From a virus (Duplodnaviria > Caudoviricetes), in the IMG/VR virus record IMGVR_UViG_3300037510_000392, positions 1-51,023 of that record: 51,023 nucleotides of DNA, one strand, 5' to 3'. The notes under the pieces were generated by a model, which saw only the letters and a program-made list of their open reading frames with translations, was not told the origin of the DNA and did no database searches. Position 1 is the stretch's first letter. Each line of letters opens with the position of its first letter. Positions 47,811 through 51,023 of the stretch are shown in pieces. The translations under genes and the position numbers were made by a program.

Positions 47811-47896
47811 ACGCAATCAGCACCTCATGCGCTGTGTTGGTGTGAGGTGCATTACATCGGTACTGCAAAGTCTTGAACTCGAAAAGGATATACACC

Positions 47897-48379
47897 ATGA
47901 AAAATCGCACAACACGCTATGAACGCTATGAGCAGATGCTTTTTGAGCGCTTTGTCGGCTCCGTACTGCGCCCAGAGCCGAATCTTGGGATTGCCATTCA
48001 GAACAACCCCACTGCCTCAATCCGTCATCTACGCCCGCACTACACAGATGACCGCTTCAAGACTGCCCGAACGGTTTATCTGGCACGTGGTTACAAACTT
48101 GAGGGCGATGATGGTGAGACGGTCAAAGGCGCGCACTACAACTACAGTGACCGCTATCGCCTGTGGTTTACCAGTGATCTCATTGATGCGGCCTGGGATG
48201 CTGCAAAGGCGATTGATAAGAGCGTGTCAACAGCAGCAGCGATTGAGGCGTTTCTACGTCATGTCCATCAAGACCCTGAGTTGAAGCTGGTGCACATCAT
48301 GGCAGGTTTCAACGTGTCGAACGGATTCGATTATCAGGTCTACGGCTACATTCCAAGCGAAACCGCTGTCCGTCCCTAA
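47897..48379 (+). CDS. Hypothetical protein
   Basis: RBS aaagga; ends AVRP in the dif-like arm. Confidence 0.65.
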   Translation: MKNRTTRYERYEQMLFERFVGSVLRPEPNLGIAIQNNPTASIRHLRPHYTDDRFKTARTVYLARGYKLEGDDGETVKGAHYNYSDRYRLWFTSDLIDAAWDAAKAIDKSVSTAAAIEAFLRHVHQDPELKLVHIMAGFNVSNGFDYQVYGYIPSETAVRP

Positions 48380-48396
48380 AGGATTTTCTGTCCCTA
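48369..48396 (+). repeat. dif-like cassette boundary site
   Basis: tccgtccctaa-aggatt-ttctgtcccta. Confidence 0.6.
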
Positions 48397-48413
48397 TAGC
48401 AATTGAGGTGCTT

Positions 48414-48857
48414 ATGGAAACTCTCGCGTTTGTGACAGGGCTGATGAAACAAGACTACGATGCGCTCGGATTCATCCCTGTCACACGCCTCGAAAAATAT
48501 GAGCGCGATGGACAGATCATCGTCCAAAACGATCTGCGCGGGCGGCACATGGGCTATCTGATCCATGGCAAGCCTGTCGCGGGCGGGATGCTTTCGATTG
48601 CCCAGGCCGTGATCGAATACGACAGACGCTCTCATGGGTTTGGTGAGATGTCTGTCAAAACGCTGATTGAGCGCGCACAACGTGCCAATTGCGCCGCGAT
48701 CAAACTGCGCTGTGCTGATGAGCTTGCCGCTAACCAGTTCTGGCAAGCAATGGGATTTGAGCATACAGGCGTTTGGCATCCTGCCAACAAGCGAAAACGG
48801 GCCATCAACGTCTATACATTGCAGCTATGGCCCACGCTGTTTACCGTCCGCCCATAA
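48414..48857 (+). CDS. GNAT family acetyltransferase
   Basis: RRSHGFG acetyl-CoA motif A, ANQFWQAMGF motif B. Confidence 0.8.
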   Translation: METLAFVTGLMKQDYDALGFIPVTRLEKYERDGQIIVQNDLRGRHMGYLIHGKPVAGGMLSIAQAVIEYDRRSHGFGEMSVKTLIERAQRANCAAIKLRCADELAANQFWQAMGFEHTGVWHPANKRKRAINVYTLQLWPTLFTVRP

Positions 48858-48874
48858 GCGTCATTATGAAGGGA
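48847..48874 (+). repeat. dif-like cassette boundary site (best match)
   Basis: tccgcccataa-gcgtca-ttatgaaggga. Confidence 0.65.
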
Positions 48875-48879
48875 TTGAG

Positions 48880-49764
48880 ATGAAAGCACACTGGAAGTAC
48901 CTGAAATACGTTCTCCGTCACAAGTGGTTTGTGTTCCTTGAGTGCCTGAAGCTGGGCGTGCCGCTGTGGATTGCGATCACTCACGATTGGGATAAGTTCA
49001 TGCCTGATGAATGGTTCGCCTTTGTGAATCACTTCTATGGCGAAAAGATCCGTGATGGGAATTGGTCTGTGACTGATCTAAAGACAGGACAGTCAATCCC
49101 AAAGATGATCGACCCGCCCGATGTTCAGGAGGCGTGGGATCAGGCGTTAAACCTGCACTACAACCGCAATCGCCATCACTGGCAGTTTTATCTTTTCAGG
49201 CCAGACAAGCCGCGTCCACAATTCGGTCAGTGTTCCTATGATGGTGGCATGAGCCATGCCACTGTCACAAGATATGGTGAAGGTGGGGATGCAGCAATCA
49301 TTTACGACATCTCAATTCCCTGGTTTAAGCCGAATTGGGACGCTGTGAAACAGCTCGATCTTGTCTTCAAGATGACACCTGTTTTGAAGAAGATGCCCGA
49401 TGTCTATGCGCGTGAGATGCTGGCCGACTGGTGTGCGATGAGTCGCGCCAATGGTGGGGATGTGAAGACGTGGTATCTGGCAAACAGGACCACAATTTTC
49501 CTTCACCCTGAAACACAGGCGTGGATTGAGGCGCAGATCGGCGTCGAATCGTCGCGACAGGTTGCGGCAACCATCCCTAATCCTCAAATTGATGAGATCG
49601 AGGATGATGAAAACGCCTACGCTGATTCAGAGTGGGACCCTGACGAAACCGTCTACGAAGATGATGACTGGGAAGACCCCAATGAGGCAATCGTTCCTGG
49701 CTCTATGGCAGAGGTCGATTTTGATGATGCCTCGGATGATGACCCCAGCGACTACGATAGCTAA
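48880..49764 (+). CDS. DUF5662-like HD-type protein with acidic tail
   Basis: RHKWFV, HDWDKF, H.NRNRHHW, EMLADW. Confidence 0.7.
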   Translation: MKAHWKYLKYVLRHKWFVFLECLKLGVPLWIAITHDWDKFMPDEWFAFVNHFYGEKIRDGNWSVTDLKTGQSIPKMIDPPDVQEAWDQALNLHYNRNRHHWQFYLFRPDKPRPQFGQCSYDGGMSHATVTRYGEGGDAAIIYDISIPWFKPNWDAVKQLDLVFKMTPVLKKMPDVYAREMLADWCAMSRANGGDVKTWYLANRTTIFLHPETQAWIEAQIGVESSRQVAATIPNPQIDEIEDDENAYADSEWDPDETVYEDDDWEDPNEAIVPGSMAEVDFDDASDDDPSDYDS

Positions 49765-49791
49765 GCGTCCCTAATCGAGCTTCTATTTCTA
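49764..49791 (+). repeat. dif-like cassette boundary site
   Basis: agcgtccctaa-tcgagc-ttctatttcta. Confidence 0.6.
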
Positions 49792-49834
49792 CTGAAGGGG
49801 CGCAACATCCTGCGCCCATAAATCGAGGTAACGC

Positions 49835-50098
49835 ATGGACAAAGAACTGATTCAAAGCATTCTCAATACATCAGCGCGTGTTCTGCACGCTGTTGAGATT
49901 GCTGATCTTGAGCAGTATATCGAGGCTGTTTCACTCAACAACAGCACCTATGACGCCCTGGGGCCGATGCTTGACCCGACAGACTACCGCAAGAATCTTC
50001 AGAGCGGACGTTTGGACAATCTTCGTGTTGAGCTTCAGATTGCACGCAAGCTGCTGGAAGTCCGTAAGCTGTTGGATGAAATTGAGGTAGTGAAATGA
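49835..50098 (+). CDS. Hypothetical protein
   Basis: RBS gaggt. Confidence 0.6.
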   Translation: MDKELIQSILNTSARVLHAVEIADLEQYIEAVSLNNSTYDALGPMLDPTDYRKNLQSGRLDNLRVELQIARKLLEVRKLLDEIEVVK

Positions 50099-50436
50099 AT
50101 CCACGACTTGCCATTCATTATCACAAATGGCCTGGGGTTGTCTGCATGAATTGCGGTGCTGAGATCATCGCCATGACCAATCACCCTGAAACGCTATATC
50201 CGCTTGCTGGTCTCGTGAATGCAGGCTGTTTGGGGTGCGATCAGAGTTATACCGTTCTGACAACTGTTCAGGGTCAATATCTGGCGCATTACACCGCGCA
50301 GCCATTTGAGATCTACACAATGCCCTGTGAACTTGTGGCAAAGCGATCAGGAATACAGCGCAAGAATATCAAGCAAATCCGCAAAGAGCGCAAGTGGCGA
50401 GACCGCGCAGAAGCTGGTCAAAAGACCATGTTTTAG
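50095..50436 (+). CDS. Zn-ribbon-like hypothetical protein
   Basis: CMNCG...CLGC; ATGA overlap. Confidence 0.6.
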   Translation: MNPRLAIHYHKWPGVVCMNCGAEIIAMTNHPETLYPLAGLVNAGCLGCDQSYTVLTTVQGQYLAHYTAQPFEIYTMPCELVAKRSGIQRKNIKQIRKERKWRDRAEAGQKTMF

Positions 50437-50439
50437 CTG

Positions 50440-50467
50440 ACCGTCCCTAACAAGCCATCTATTCCTA
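50440..50467 (+). repeat. dif-like cassette boundary site
   Basis: accgtccctaa-caagcc-atctattccta. Confidence 0.6.
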
Positions 50468-50512
50468 TAGCAGGGGCGACTCGTGAGTCGCCCTTAGAAA
50501 AGGATAACCACT

Positions 50513-50704
50513 GTGGGCGAAAAAGAATCAATCCAGTCAACGGCATTGGACGAGCTTTTGCAGATCTGCCTTGCAATGCGTTCTAGTTCCCCTGAATTGG
50601 ATGAATTTGACGGTCTCAAAATCTGCGAAAACTGCCAAGATGCTTATACACGAGGCCGCTTGTGCCGCCTGTGTGCTGAGCAAGAAGCCATCGACAACGC
50701 CTAA
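50513..50704 (+). CDS. Small Zn-finger-like protein
   Basis: CENC...CRLC; RBS aaagga. Confidence 0.5.
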   Translation: MGEKESIQSTALDELLQICLAMRSSSPELDEFDGLKICENCQDAYTRGRLCRLCAEQEAIDNA

Positions 50705-50722
50705 AGAAACAGGGGTGCGCAA

Positions 50723-51013
50723 TTGGACATCAATCTGACAGATATTCGGTTTCATGATCATGGCTCGTGGAAGCCAGATGATGGATTTACCTATCACTAT
50801 TTCAGCGATCTGAGACAATCGTACCTTTTGGTCACATCGATTGACGGGTATGGAAAAGAAATCCATGTCTTCTATGACAATGGTTATTCGACACTCATCA
50901 TCCCTGATTTGCCAAATCACAAGCATACGATGCTTTTCAGGAAGGATGAGGAATCTGCTGCGTCCTATGACCGCTATGGTGTGCTGCTGATTGATGGCAA
51001 GCGACTGTCCTGA
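50723..51013 (+). CDS. Hypothetical protein
   Basis: TTG start; ORF runs into the terminal repeat. Confidence 0.5.
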   Translation: MDINLTDIRFHDHGSWKPDDGFTYHYFSDLRQSYLLVTSIDGYGKEIHVFYDNGYSTLIIPDLPNHKHTMLFRKDEESAASYDRYGVLLIDGKRLS

Positions 51014-51023
51014 CAAAATTGAC
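50948..51023. repeat. Terminal direct repeat (identical to 1..76)
   Basis: Exact 76-nt identity. Confidence 0.95.

Noticed and set aside
50694-50721. Additional dif-like sites at 50694 and near 51006
   Set aside because: Only partial left-arm similarity and no right arm; too weak to call
45854-51023. Canonical integron (IntI plus attC)
   Set aside because: Sites lack the RYYYAAC...GTTRRRY long imperfect hairpin, and the recombinase lacks the recognisable IntI motif and is co-oriented with the genes
45854-51023. CRISPR array
   Set aside because: Repeats are degenerate and separated by whole genes; no cas genes seen

Overview
This looks like a complete, circularly assembled genome of a tailed (siphovirus-like) temperate phage or phage-plasmid, about 50.9 kb. 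The first 76 nt repeat the last 76 nt. The host is probably a Chloroflexota/Anaerolineae bacterium, inferred only from protein motifs. Layout: (1) 0.7-26.7 kb, + strand, virion and putative lysis genes: beta-helix protein, TerS, TerL, portal, ClpP-like protease, gpF-like protein, scaffold, capsid, neck, tail, tape measure, tail tip, tail fibre and four membrane/secreted proteins, with no recognisable endolysin; (2) an acyltransferase-3 moron; (3) a leftward early block with a Sak4-like ATPase and a cold-shock-domain protein; (4) a leftward rep (internal iterons)-ParA-LmbU-like block and three Cro/C1-type HTH genes at two divergent promoter regions; (5) a rightward early operon with a tyrosine recombinase followed by about 13 small accessory genes (two DNA methyltransferases, GNAT, DUF5662-like, acidic/Cys-rich proteins). 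The most striking feature is that many of these accessory genes are separated by directly oriented 28-bp dif-like sites (11-bp arm ending CMTAA, variable 6-bp spacer, TTMT-type arm) at or just after stop codons. This suggests a phage-borne, Xer/tyrosine-recombinase-driven gene-cassette array. Also found: two candidate + strand antisense structured RNAs, a candidate Xer-type attP/res site and two families of dispersed DNA motifs. All protein calls come from motif recognition by eye; no searches were run.
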